Position numbers and translations under genes: made by a program
Notes under the pieces: generated by a model
What the model saw: only the letters and a program-made list of their open reading frames with translations
What the model was told of the DNA's origin: nothing
Database searches by the model: none
Part shown: positions 1 through 12,510 of the stretch, piece by piece
How the letters are laid out: each line of letters starts with the position of its first letter
Position numbering within the stretch: the stretch's first letter is position 1
Assembly (NCBI GenBank): GCA_036172245.1
Contig: JAYWIR010000035.1
Location: 2,232,001 to 2,296,000, forward strand
Direction: 5' to 3'
Length of the DNA: 64,000 bases
Source of the DNA: Raillietiella orientalis
Lineage: Eukaryota

Positions 1-2891
1 GTAGTGGCTAGGCGTGTCCACTGGTCCTGGTCTTCCAGCACCTCCCCCACTGGACAGTATGGGGAAAGTTTCACGCAAAGGAGTTCCAAACGGGACACAT
101 CCTGTTGCGCTGCCCAGGACGATAAGGCTTCCTGCCTCCAGGCGTTGAAGTTCGTCTGCCGACAAGAGATCCACTCATGCTTTCCCAGAAGCGTGGCGAG
201 CTGCTTCAAAGGGAAGCCGAATCCTCTCTGGGCGCGCTCCGTACGCAGATGCAACGAACGTAGTCCGTCACCACCCGTGCTGCGCTGCAGCAGCAGCCGC
301 GCTGGAGCACACCAGGGAGTAGTCCAGAGCTGCGCACAAAGTGCCAGCATGCGGAACTGCACTAGCAGTCCGATCCGCTCCATCGTCAGGATGCCCAATC
401 CTGCATCCCGCCGAGGAGCCGCCAAGTCCTTCAGGCGTATACTGGACCTCGCCGGTCCCCACAGAACGTTACGCAACAGGCGTTGCGCCCGGCGCTTAGC
501 CGAGTAGGGAGGGGGACAAACAAAAAAGAGGGGACGGAGGAAGGAAGCAACGAAAATGTTCCACACGAAGGCCCGTTCCGACAGGAGAAACCTGCCGCCT
601 TGGAACGGGCCCAGAGCAGTCTCAGCCTTGTGAAGGCAGTCCGACCACGCTTCTGCTGGACAGAAGGCGCCCAAGGGAACGCCGAGGTACTTCAAGCACC
701 TGCCCGTGGGGATCCCCAGGCGGATCTAGTCGGACTGCCCCTCCCACGTAGAGCCAACCGGTACAACGGTTGATTCCGTCCTGTTCACGCTCAGGCCCGC
801 TGCCAGACGAATGAGCTCGAAGTAGTCCTCGACCCTGGACGCCTGGGTGGACATGGGTAGCAGCAGGAGAAGGTCGTCAGCATAGGCGGCCACAGCCGGT
901 GTTCCCGGGCAGGAGCTCGGCAGGTTGGCCAGCGTCAGCCTGTACGCCCTCAGCACCAACTCAAAGAAGATGCTGAAGAGCAGTGGGCTAAAGCTGTCTC
1001 CCTGCCTGATACCCCGCCGTATGAGAACACCGTACACGTGACGCCCGCTGAAAGAGATACAGCATAACGCGTGGCGCCAGCAGGAGCGCAAGTAGGCGAT
1101 GAGGTGCGTCGGGAGGCCTAGACGTCCCAGAAGCTCCAGAAGGAGGTCCTGGTTTACGCTGTCGAACGCTTTGCAGAGATCGACTGCGACCGCTAAGGCT
1201 CCCGGCGTTGCATCGTGCCTTGAACACCGCCGCTTTCCTTTGGTAGCGGCGATTTCGTCTGCCTGGCTCTGCTGCGCCACGCGCTGCTGCATCTCGAACC
1301 ATGTTCGCGCGAAGAAGAAATTCGCGTCCATGGACCGCCCCGGAACAGCATACGTCTGCTCCGGACTTACCAAGGACTCTGCGATTCTCCCCAGGCGCGC
1401 GACCCATAGCCTGAAGAGCAACTTGACGTCCGAATTCACCAATGTGAACGGACGCCAGTTGCTAAGGTGGCGCAAATCACCGCCTTTCGGCAGGAGGCGC
1501 ACCTTTGCTGAGCGGAAAGAAACGGGAACATCTCCCGTCTCACGCATCAGCGAGGAAAGGCTTAGCACCAGGGGGACGAGCTCCGCCGCGAAGCACTGAA
1601 AGAACTCCGCAGGCAGGCCATCCTCCCCAGGCGCCTCACGCCTCTTCAGGCCCGCTATGGCAGAAGATACTTCTTCCGTCGTGAAGGGCCAATCCAATCT
1701 GGCGCGTTTCTCCTCGTCGATAGCAGGGTTGCCCGTCGGAAGAAGCAGCTCGGAGAGACTGCGTTCCGTGGGCTCCTCCGCGTACAACGAGGAGTAGTAG
1801 CGCTTGACTACGCGGTGTGCTTCGGCTGCAGCCGAGCATTCGAGGCCAGCGTCATCGAGCAGACAAGCCGCTCCAGACTGCCAAACCTGGCGCTCGGCCC
1901 TGGCCTTATACTCCGCTAGACGCCGGACGTCCGGGCATCGTGAAAAGGTACGCGCCTGCAGATAAGGTCTGCTGTTCGCGACACCCTCTCCGAAGCTGCT
2001 TGGAAGCAGGTGCAAGGGGAACCGGCAGAAGAACTCGCGGACCGATCTTTTCAGATCGTCCCAGTCCTCGAGTTCAGAGATGGCGAAGCCCAGGAGGTGT
2101 TGGCGGAGATGCTCGGCCGCCTCCTAATTGCTAAGCCAGTCTGCCGGCAACCTCCAGACATTCATCGGAGGCCCTTTGCCAGGCGGGAGGAGCTCGAACT
2201 CCAGTCTAGGATGATCCGAAATCGCGGACAGCAGGCGCCCTCTCCGACCTACTCGTAAGAGCAAATGTTCATCGAGGAACGCATGGTCCGGCGATCTCTC
2301 CATCCCGGGCTCACCAGCAAGCAAGTTTTGCACGCGCACGGACGCGCATACCTCGCTCACCAGTTGCTTCTCCCTCAAGCGGCATCTCTCCTCTGTTAGC
2401 AGGTGGACGTTGAAGTCTCCTGCAAGGAGGTGCGCCACGTTAGGGCCGGAGTCAACGAGCCAGTGGCTGCGCAGGCCACCCAGGAATGCAAGTCGCTGGG
2501 CGTAATGCCGGCCGCCGCTCGGCTCGTAGATGTTCGTAACGACCAGGTCGATCGATTCGGACCACTTGAGGACAAGTTGGCCCACACGACCTTCCTCGTC
2601 GAAACAAACGTTGCGCACCACCTCCGCCACTCTGCCTCGGACGAGGAACGCGACTCCGCACGTGTGCGCGGAGCCTTGCCGCCAGTGTAGCGTCCCGCCC
2701 GCGCGCTCTTCCAGATCCGATGCCTGCCGTACGGACATGCTATGTATCTCCTGCAGCAGCACCAGATCGAACGCGCGCAAAGCGTCGGCTACCGTCCGCC
2801 TTTTGTCAGCATCACGTAGCCCGTTGACATTTCAACAGGCCACGCTGACGCGACGAGCGGACGCGAGTCCACGCTTCACTGCTGCGGACAT
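1..2891 (-). pseudogene. Family A ORF2 (APE endonuclease + reverse transcriptase), disrupted
   Basis: ORF 2124-2780 has LLQE/TNIYEP/AGDFN/SDH; ORF 726-2015 has PGEDG, VDLCKAFD, IRQGD, YADD; in-frame stops separate them. Confidence 0.9.
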
Positions 2892-2944
2892 GACGGCGTG
2901 CTCCTCGCCCCGTCCGGCGAGAAGTCAGCTGGTAGGAGAGCGGA

Positions 2945-4810
2945 TTAAGAAGCGGAATCGCTCCCGTTCGTCGCCACATCGCGCCCAGCTGAGTCCTGGG
3001 GGCCGAGGATCATCGCCTCGGTCTTCGTGCCGGAGCCGGAACCGACTCCTGCAACAGACTCGTGCTTTCGCAGTTTAGCCCGGTGCGCTACCGGCTTAAC
3101 CCATGATGCGCGCTTCATTTGTTTGCACTCGGACTCCACCTCGGAGTCCGAATGCCTAGCGCGAGACTTGGGTTTTGCCAGTCTCTTTTTGTTTCGGCAG
3201 GTGGAGGCTTGCCCTGCCCGCGCGGGGGTCGTCGCAGTCGCCAACGCAGCTTCCGGAGCTTTGGGTTCCGCAGCCGCCCTCTCGCGCGAAGCGACGGAGA
3301 CAGAGCACGCATCCGTAGTGCGTACCAGGGTACGCACCTTCTTCGGCGTGCTTCTCTTTTGCATCCCACCCACCTTAAGGATGGGGAATATTGAAGGGTC
3401 AACCTTCTTCTTCCCCTTTGTGGGCGTCCTGGAGACTCGAGTCCAGCCCGCGTCGGGGACGCCCTCTTGGGAGGCCGACGCCTCCCTCAATTGTTTGGCC
3501 GGAGATGCCGGCTCACGTTTCGCGCTCGCGGCGGGAGACGGCTCCGTCCCCGTTACGCACTGCACCTGCTCCTTAGCCGATGCGGGCGAAACGGCGGTCA
3601 TTGCCGTCGTCCCGCGAGGCGCTATTGCAGCCTTCGCTGCTCGTTTCTTCGGCGTGGAAGACGTGATCTCCACCGCCGTGGGAGGAGACTGCCGTTCAGA
3701 GGCAGCTCCGAGGGTACCGCGCACGGTTTCCCGTGTGCTCCGCTGGACGCGCAAGCGGACGCGGACGGTTCAGCAGCCTTGATTGAGTGCGTGCTCGCAC
3801 TCTTAGGCTGCTTCGAAGGGGGCAATATCCCCCCAGGGCGACGTGGCATCTTTACCGTCTGCGCATGTGTCTGGGATGGTGGCTTTCCTGAAGCAACCGC
3901 GCCCTTTTTCGCGGGATCGCCACTCGAAGATGCCCCGCCCTTCGCGCCGGATTTCTCCCGTGGCACAACGGGGGATCTTTTCGGCGCGGACGGGGTCGAT
4001 TGTTGGCGGCTTTTCGCCTCCCGCTTTCTCTTCAGCTCGGCGCCCTCTTTGATGACGTGGCCGAGCTGTTTACAATAGCGGCAGTTGCGTTAAGGGCACG
4101 TCCACGGACGGTGGCCCTCTGCACCGCAAATGCCGCAAGCCGGTCGCTGACCGTCAAATTTGAGGTGGACGATCGCATCGCCCACCTGCAAGTGCGGAGG
4201 CATTTGCCTCCTTTCCGCCATGGTGTCACGCGCCATGGCAAGTCCGCTGTGGAGAGATGCAATCCTTTTGATCGGATTGTCTGCTCTCAGCAGCGCGTGC
4301 ACCGTGGCGAATGCACTTAGTGCAGCGACGAGCACGCGATCGGGCGTGTCAACCTTGACGGCGGATAATCGGACCACGAACGACTGGTCCATGGCCGACG
4401 GGACGACCTCCTTCCCGCGGATATTTAGCGGGGTGCGGAGAAGGCGCTGGACTAGGGATGCCTCTTTGCAGTGCACCTCCCAGTGTCCGAGCGCGTTAAC
4501 CGGCCCGGAGGTCGTTTTGTCGGATTCCGACGTGCAAAAGCTCGTCCCACAAATTTTCTTCGACCCCGTCGGAAATAGAAGCACTCACCGGATAGCAGAG
4601 CGTAGGTTTGTAGCCATGGGCTGCATATGCCTGCAGCTCTGCTTCGTCGGGGGGTGCTCCGCTGGCTGCCGCCGCCTTGACGACAGCGGCGAAGCTTCTC
4701 GCCGGTGGCGAGACACAAGAATCAGAGGCGAAGCGGACATCTGGAGTAGAGTCTTCACTGCCAGTAGCAGCCTCCGCATCCATCTTTTGCTGCAGGGGCT
4801 CCGTGGACAT
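2945..4810 (-). pseudogene. Family A ORF1 (zinc-knuckle RNA-binding protein), frameshifted
   Basis: Pieces 4496-4843, 4090-4584 (CGICGAEGHRPWTCP), 3622-3966 and 2945-3754 lie in different frames. Confidence 0.8.
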
Positions 4811-4889
4811 CCCAGTGGACGCACTCGGGTGCACCACACACAAGAAGACGGAAAGGAATCACGCTGGAGGAGCAACGCAGAACACGTCC

Positions 4890-6355
4890 GTGCACCGTTG
4901 TCGTCGAGCGTATTCCCGCCATCGACGAATGCGGCGCTAAAGAACTCGCTGCTGCCCCTGCTCAACCCTCCGTTGACAAAGTCAACAAGGAGGGGAGCGA
5001 GGCGGCGGCGTCCTTCATCGTGCCCACGCTCGATGACGTCGTCTTCGAGCGCGCCGCGGAGGAGCTGGCTGCCTCGTTGCAGCCGGCCGCCCTCAAGGCT
5101 GGCAAGAAGGCCGTCAGGCGTCCGGCTCCCCCTCAGGAGTCGGCCACTTCCGACCCCGAGGTGAAGGCCGGAAACAGAGCATCCATCTCCTCGGCACCCC
5201 GCAAAAAGGCAGGACGAAAGTCCACAATGTCCCGGAAGATCGTCTCCCCCGACGAAGGGGAAGAGATAGCTTCCGGCTGCGAGGGTGCGATAAGCGTGGG
5301 AAACTCCCGGGACCCGTCGCCCGAGAGAATCCCACGCGCTGACACGGACGAGATGGAAGGGCTGGAGGCCGAGCAGGTGCCTTTGGTGCCTGAAGAGGCC
5401 TCGATCGCCATGGACATCCCGAACACCTGCCTCGCGGCAGGTGGTGTAGCGCCACCTTCCCAGCAATAAAGCCGGGAATCGCCTCCCGTCGTGGTCTGCT
5501 GATCGCCTGCTGGAACGCCAACGGCCTAAGCAACGACGGGAAGAGGCGTGACGTGGCCGCCACCCTGGCATTCTTCGACCTGGTGCTGCTGCAGGAGATC
5601 CACGTGATCTCCGTAGATCAAGCCGGGGAGATCGAACGGATCTCGGGTGGTCAGCTGCTGTGGCGCTGCGGTACCGCGAAATCTAGCGCTGTCGCATTCC
5701 TGCTCCGACCAGCCATCGAGGCCGCAATTAAGGACGTACGGTTTGATGACGCCGGTCGCGTCGGTCAGCTGACTCTCAGCTGGTTCGACTCAATCGACCC
5801 GGTCGTTACCAACCTGTACTCTCCTAGCGGTAAGGACGCGTTGAGGGCGAAAGCAAGAAGAGAATTCTACCTTGCCTTCGAACGCGATTGGCTGATCGAA
5901 GCAAGTGTTCGCAAGCGCACCTGATCGCAGGTGACTTCAACCTGCGCCTGCTTTCAGGTGCGCCGGATACACTGAACGACCGCGTCAACGAGTTGTGCGC
6001 GCAAATGCACACGTGCAACTTGCTGGCCGGAGATACGGACATGGAACGGAGCATCGATCACGTGTACCTTGACCAGCACCTATGCTCGCTCGTAAGCAGG
6101 CGCGGCAAGTTACCGTCCGAGCTGTCGGACCATGTTTGAATCGTGTTCGAAGTGCAACCGCGCGACAAGGGCCCCCCTTCGTCACTGTGGCGTCTGCCAG
6201 GGGACTGGCTGAAGTTCCCGGACCCGGTGGAACATCTCCGCGCGTTTTTACGGAACTTCAGGATGCGGACGCTTCAGGACTGGGACCGCTTCAAGCGGTC
6301 GGTCCAGGAGTTCTGCGACCGGTTCCCTTTGCATCGCCTACCTGCGGGATTTGGG
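4890..6355 (+). mobile_element. Family D element, middle part (ORF1 tail + endonuclease), interrupted by A on the left and C on the right
   Basis: ORF1 tail 5020-5469 (AAEELAASL); EN pieces 5553-5924, 5888-6139 and 6143-6355, ending at HRLPAGFG. Confidence 0.85.
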
Positions 6356-6570
6356 GTTGTCACCCGGGTACGCCCGGGGCGTTTATTGAAAGAACTCTGC
6401 ATAAAGGTGGTACGAGGCCCCACTAACGTTCCCACAACACCGGACCTGTTGGGACGCCGGGACGCAGCCCGGCGTGACGCTCCTCGGCATTGGAGGGGGA
6501 TAGGGATGAAAACAAAAAGAAAAATAAAGATAAGAAAAACAAAAAAAGAGTTTGGAGGGAGAGGAAGGGA

Positions 6571-9500
6571 TCACAATCCACTGGGAGGAGGGCCCATCCT
6601 TCGCAGGATGCCCTCCAGGTCCATCTTCATGCTTCCCAGATGGGGCCATCTCCCAGCTCTATGCATGAAGCAGACCGCATACGGGATGACATCCCTCGCG
6701 TTGGCATCCACTCCTTCGTCGCGAATGTCGCTCCAGGCCGCCACGATGCCCCGGATGCAGCAGAGGGCTGCGAGTGCTGCGGCGGGCTGCAGGGCGTCCC
6801 GCACGAAGAGGAGCCGAAGAACGACTCTGGGCGCGCTGCCCATTGGGAAACCGAGGGTCGTCCCGAACCGTTCCCACAGGGGTCGGAGGTCAGCACAGTC
6901 AACAAGTAGGTAGGGGAGCGAATCCCGCTCCCCGTACCTGGCACACTCAGGCCTTACACTTCCCCGCGTCCAGTGGAAGCGGCGCGCGTTGCAGGGTAGA
7001 CCCCAGTGCAACAGTAGCAGCGCCGAATCTTGCCACTTCAGGGGGAGAAGCCTGGATCCGATTAATATTGGCGGCCAATTCAGGTCATCCGTCGAAATGC
7101 CGAGCAGCTCACCCCAGCGACAAAGTCCACGCGGGAGGGCACTCGGGGACGTGGCATCTGCCAGTTCTCCCATGGTCCAACCGCTCATCTTCTTTTCCTT
7201 GCCTGCGATTCGGCAGGAGACCTGCCACTTTGGCTTGCGGCCACTGGTTAAAGCCCTTCGTAGGAAAGGCAGGGTCGAGGCTAGAGGGGTAGTCTCCGCC
7301 CACGTGCTCCTGGCGGGACACTCCAGAGTAGTCCGCAGTGTGCAGCAGGCGTTGGGCCCGAATAGCAGGCGGTTCCAGTCCGGGGAAGTCTGGAGGTTCC
7401 GCTTGGCCCACGTCGCAACGGATTCCTCCAGCCAGGCGGAGGAGTTGGCGGGGATGCATACCGTCCAGCCGTTGTCTCTCACCAGGGCTTCCATGCGCCC
7501 AAGGAGAAGGCCGCATCTTCTCACCTTCCTGCCGGAGCACAGAAGGTACGACGCGAGTCCATGCGTCCTGGACACACAGCTGGCGAAGATGCGGGCTGGA
7601 ACGCACCAAGGGGTGCTCCATGACTTTGCTGCGATGGCGAGGGTGCGCCAACGCAGCTGTATGTCCAGGCGCTCCAGCGTCAGGAGGCCGAGACCGCCGT
7701 CCCGACGAGGAGCACATAAGTCATCTAGAGGCACACGTGGCCTCCCGCTGCCCCAGAGGGCGATGCGCAGTAGGTCCTTGGTCCTCTTTTTAATGTCACA
7801 TGGGACGGGGCAAACAAAAAGCAGGGAGCGGAGGATGGGAGCCGCGAACGCGTTCCACACCGCGGCCCGTTCCGGCAGAAGGAACTTGCCTTCCAGGAAC
7901 GGGCCGATTGCCAATTCTACCTTTTGGAGACGACCTGACCAGGCTTCTGCGAGGCAGAAGTCCCCCAACGGGACACCCAGGTAGTTCAGGTACCTGTCCG
8001 CGGGGATCCCCAAGCGGATCCAGTCAGGCCGTCCGACCCACGTCGCACCCACCGGTACGACCGACGACTTCGCCTTGTTTACCCGAAGTCCAGTCCCACG
8101 ACTTAGCGGGTCGAAGAAATCCTCGACTGCGGCTGCCGGGGCGGACATGGGCAACATGAGCAGAAGGTCGTCGGCGTATGTTGCTACGGCGGGCGTTCCG
8201 GGGCACGAGCTGGGCAGGGCAGCCAAAGTCACCCTGTACGCTCTCAGCACCAACTCAAAGTAGGTGCTAAAGAGCAGGGGACTGAGGCTATCGCCCTGCC
8301 GTATGCACCGCTGCACCGGCACGCCGTACACCTGTTGGCTGTAAAAGCAGATGTTAAGGATGGCGTTGCGCCAGCAGGAGCGCAGGAAGGAGAGAAGGAA
8401 GGGTGGGAAGCCCATGCGACCCAGGAGATCCAACACTAGCTCCTGGTCAAAGCAGTCGAACGCCTTATGGAGATCGACCGCGATCGCTAGGGCCTCCTTC
8501 CCAGCCCGGGTGTCCATTCCCGGCCCAGCTGGCGGCCCCAAAGTGGGGTTGCCAATCTTTCCGCCAGTTTCATTTAGGCAGCGCTGCACATGGAACCATG
8601 TGCTGGCGAAGAACAGGTTGGCATCCATACTTCGCCCGGGAACAGCGTATGTCTGCTCCGGGCTAATTATGGAGTCTGCCACCTGTCCTAGACGCGAAGC
8701 CCACAGTCCAGCGACCAGCTTGGCGTCCGTATTCACAATTGTGATCGGACGCCAATTGCCTAGGGATCTGAGGTCTCCTCCCTTCGGCAGGAGCCTCACA
8801 CGGGCTGACCGAAACGAGGCGGGAACGTCGCCTTCGTCTCGGATCAGCCCGGTCAACTGGAGCACCAGGGGGGCCAGCTCTGTCGCGAAGCATTGAAAAA
8901 ATTCCTCAGGCAGGCCGTCCAACCTCTGGCGCCTTACGCCTCTTGAGCCTTTTAATACCGGTAGAAAAAGGCTCGTCGAGGCTGATCCTCACCTCCTCCC
9001 CTATTGCCTGGCCTCCATCCGGGAGCAGGAGCCGCGAGGCGTCCCGCTGTGGGGGTGCCCTAGCGTAGAGGGAGGAATAATAATGCCGCACGAGGTGCCT
9101 GATCGCGGGTGGGGCCGATCGCTCCCGGCCCAGGTCGTCCAGCAATCTGGCCGACCCGGATTGCCAGGCTTGGCGCTCGGCCCCGGCTCGATATTCGGCC
9201 AGGGGACGGACATTAGGGGTCCTCTTGTACCGGCGGGCCTGTAAATAGGCCCTATGGTTCCGAGCCCCCTCCCCAAATCCGGGGAACAGGCGGTGCAGGG
9301 GGAACTCCTCGCAGAACTCGCGGACCGACGCCTTGAAGAGGTCCCAATCTTTGAGACTGCGGAGGGTGACGCCTCTCAGGAATTCGCGAAGGTGTTCCTT
9401 CGCTCCTGAGAGCCGCATCCAGTCCCCAGGCAACCGCCACGCCCTGGCCGGGGGTCCTTTATCGCGCGGGCATACCTCGGCGATTAACCTGGAATGGTCC

Positions 9501-10156
9501 GACAGCGTCGACGCAACTTTTCCCCGTTTGCCGACCCGCGAGCACAGGTCTACATCCAGGAAGAAGTGGTCGATGCTGCGGTCCATTCCCCCCGCGTCCG
9601 CCAACAAGTTGCGCGTGCGCATGGCAGCGCACAACTCGTTGGCCGTGCGTTCTTGTGCTTCGGGCTCACCTGACAGCAGACGGAGATTTAAGTCCCTAGC
9701 TATCAAGTGTGCCTTCCGCACGTTCGTATCGGCCAGCCAGTCGCGCTTCAGGGTTTCCAGCAACCTGGTACGGTCTCTGTATCCCCCTTTCCCGCTTGGG
9801 GCGTACACGTTCGTGTCGATCAATTCGAACGAGTCGGACCAGCTGAGAATCAGCTGACCGACCCGACCGTCCTCATCGAAGCGTATGCCCTTCACGGCAG
9901 CGTCGATGGCCGGCTTTACGAAAAACGCGATCCCAAAGGTGTTGCGGGCGTTGCATCGCCAATACAGTCGACCCCCCGCGATCGTCTCGATCTCCTGGAC
10001 GTCTGCCGAGGTGATCACGTGGATCTCCTGCAGCAGGGCCAGGTCGAGCTCACGCAGGGTGTCGGCCGTATCTCGCCTGTTACCGTCGTCGCGCAGCCCG
10101 TTGACGTTCCAACAGGCGGCGCGAATCCGACGGCGACTGGCGAGCCCAGGTGTTAT
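6571..10156 (-). pseudogene. Family C ORF2 (EN-RT-zinc finger), frameshifted
   Basis: ORF 8906-10018 (NVYAP, SDH) and ORF 6571-8922 (VDLHKAFD, IRQGD, YADD, YLGVP). Confidence 0.92.
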
Positions 10157-12423
10157 TCCTGGGAAGATGGCGATGCGGCGTCCGCCACCTGTTGGGGCGG
10201 GACGCTAGGTGGAGGAGGAGGGTCAGGCGCTGCGTGCACCTGGTCCCCCTCCTCCATGGGTAACGGCGCGTCGAGGGGGTCACCCTTAAGTGGGGTCGCG
10301 CCTACCTGTTGGCCCTCCTCCATGGGGGCGGGCTGTTCAGGCTCGGCGACTGCAGGGAGGACTTCGCCCCCCTGCTCACCCTCCTCCATGGGGGTGGCCG
10401 GCTCGACGGCTTCCGAGCGTGGGAGTTCCCCCTCCGGGATTCCCACGCTACCGCTACCTTCCTGCTTCTTCTCCTCGCTGGTGGAGGGGAGGCGCCTCCT
10501 GGGTTTCTGGGACTTGCGTCCCGACTTCCTGGGGTTGCCTCCGAGGAGGAGGATCCACTTCCGGCCCCCAGGTCCGACTCACCTGTGGGGGCCTTTTTCG
10601 CGGAAGCCGGCCTTCGCACGGCCTTGCGTGAGGGGTTCTCACGCTCCGCCAGCGTGGCCGCGAGCTCCTCCGCCGCCTTTGCGAACGCGGCGTCCGCAGT
10701 GTCGACCGGCGCGTCGCGCGGCTCACCCTCTGTGTAAACAGAGGGTTCGTCGTCGCGAACCTCGGGCGCGGCGGAAACGGCAAGGGAAGGCTCGTCGCCC
10801 CGGGTGGCAATCTCGGGAACGGCTATGCGCTCCAGTGCTACCGTACATTCCTGCATGGTCTTAGAGCGCGGCCCAGGTTTTTTCGCCTTGCCGGCTGTCT
10901 TTTTTACCGCTTTCGCGGGTTCCGCGGGGTGCACCTTTTTCTCCTTCCTGGCCTTGACCAGCTGCCAGCCGTCTTGGACTCCCGCGTCTTCGGAGGGTTT
11001 TTCTTTCGACGCCTGTGTGGGAGGAACAGGGGCTAGCGGCTGCTGCCGGCTGATGCCTCCGACAAGGAGGATGCACTTCCGGCCCCCAGGTCGCACTCAC
11101 CTGCGGGGGTCTTCTTCGGCGGAGCCGGCCTTCTCACGGCCTTGCGTGAGGGGTTCTCACGCTCGGCAAGCGTGGCCGCGAGCTCCTCCGCCGCCTGCGC
11201 GAACGCGGCGTCCTTGCTTTCGGTGCGCGCATCGCGCGGCTCACCCTCTGTGCAAACAGAGGGTTCGTCGTCGCGAACCTCGGACGCGGCGCAAACGGCG
11301 AGGGGAGGCTCGTCGCCCCGGGTGGCAGCGTAGGGGACCGCAATCCGTTCGAGTGCCACCGTGCACTCGCGAAGAGTTTTCGAGCGCAGACCGGGTTTAT
11401 TCGGTTTCGCGCTCTTTCCTCTTTTCGCTCTCGCGGGTTCCACGGGGGGAACTTTTTTTTCTTTTCTGGCCTTTACCAGCTTCCATCCTTCTTCCTCTCC
11501 CGCGTCTTTAGCGGGTTTTTCCTCCGACGCCTGGGTGGAAGGAACAGGAGATGGCGGCTGGGGCCGGCCAGTTTCGCGATAAGGTCTTTCGACCTTTTTT
11601 CCTTTTTTAGCCTGCGCCTTTTTGGCAGCAGGTGGCACCGGGGTGGGGCGTTTGGGGCACACACGACGAACGTGTCCCTTAACTTCGCACAAGTGGCACT
11701 CGATATTCGGGCACCGCTTGGGCAAGTGCCCTACTGCATCGCAGTAGCCACAATAGCGGGGTTTCCCCACGTACCAGAGATCGACGAATTCCTTTGCGAC
11801 CTCCAGTTTGTGGGGCAAGCCACTGCCCTCATTAACTGTTACACGAGCTGCGGCCTGGCCTCCGAAATGGCTATTAAAGCCTTCGAAAATGGTAGGCTTT
11901 GGCCACAACGCGTGTATCTCACCGTAGTTACTTAGTGCATTACTCACCGCAGATCGCGTCATGCGGTTCGTAATGCCGGTTAGATGGACCACTACGGAGC
12001 GGTCCATGCTAACCGGCAGGATCTTCCGGCCATCCACATTCAGCGGGGTGTTAATGAGACGCTGCGCTAAGGCTACGTCTTTGCAGACGACCTCCACGCG
12101 CTGCCCTCCGCTGAGTACGACGAGGCCGTCTAGATCCTCCTCGCGTACAGGGAAATCCTGCAGTGCCCTACTAAAAGCTTGGGCGGTGCGACCATCAAAC
12201 AGGGGTCCTTCCTTATAAACGAGAGATGGTTTGTATCCAGAGCCCTGTAGGCCGCTTGCTCTGCCAAGGTTTCCGCTCTCGGCGCGGAAACCATGGCGCT
12301 CCACGTCCTCGGCGGTGCCGGGGATGATTCCGGGGCGGACGCCCCTGATTCTGCAGGCTGTGGGGGTGGGCAAGCCTCCCCGACACCTACCTCCATCGTG
12401 GTGTCCTCAGGCATTGCTGCCAT
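10153..12423 (-). pseudogene. Family C ORF1 with two CCHC knuckles; frameshifts and internal duplication
   Basis: CGYCDAVGHLPKRC and CHLCEVKGHVRRVC in ORF 11033-12373; continues in 10302-11096 and 10153-10446. Confidence 0.85.
10535..11570. repeat. Diverged ~520-bp tandem duplication inside family C ORF1
   Basis: GW(K/Q)LVKARKEKKV...ECTVALERI...AAEELAATLAERENPSRKAVRRPA occurs twice. Confidence 0.85.
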
Positions 12424-12510
12424 CGGACACCAACGATGTTCCACACGAACACACACAAAGAAAAGACCGCTTTCTGTCGACTCGCTCGGGAGCTCAGGAA
12501 AAACACGTCC

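Larger units (their letters stand above)
1..4889 (-). mobile_element. L1/Tx1-like non-LTR retrotransposon, family A (copy 1, runs off window start)
   Basis: 5' start GGACGTGTT at 4889; ORF1 with CxxCxxxxHxxxxC, then EN (LQE, GDFN, SDH) and RT (YADD); near-identical inverted copy at 40902-45780. Confidence 0.92.
1..5100. repeat. Arm 1 of a >=5.1-kb inverted duplication (partner 40691-45780)
   Basis: Mirror ORFs sum to 45791 (2945+42846, 4090+41701). Confidence 0.93.
6356..12510 (-). mobile_element. Family C full-length non-LTR retrotransposon (frameshifted)
   Basis: 5' GGACGTGTTTTT at 12510; ORF1; ORF2; T-rich 3' UTR; 3' end AATAAACGCCCCGGGCGTACCCGGGTGACAAC. Confidence 0.92.

Noticed and set aside
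6361..6390. Recurrent CCCGG hairpins as CRISPR repeats, attC sites or terminators
   Set aside because: They are kilobases apart, have no regular spacers, cas genes or integrase nearby, and always coincide with LINE 3' ends.
6571..8922. YADD reverse transcriptase as a bacterial group II intron, retron or DGR
   Set aside because: It is fused to an N-terminal APE domain, preceded by a CCHC ORF1, and associated with 5' truncations and TSDs, which is non-LTR architecture.
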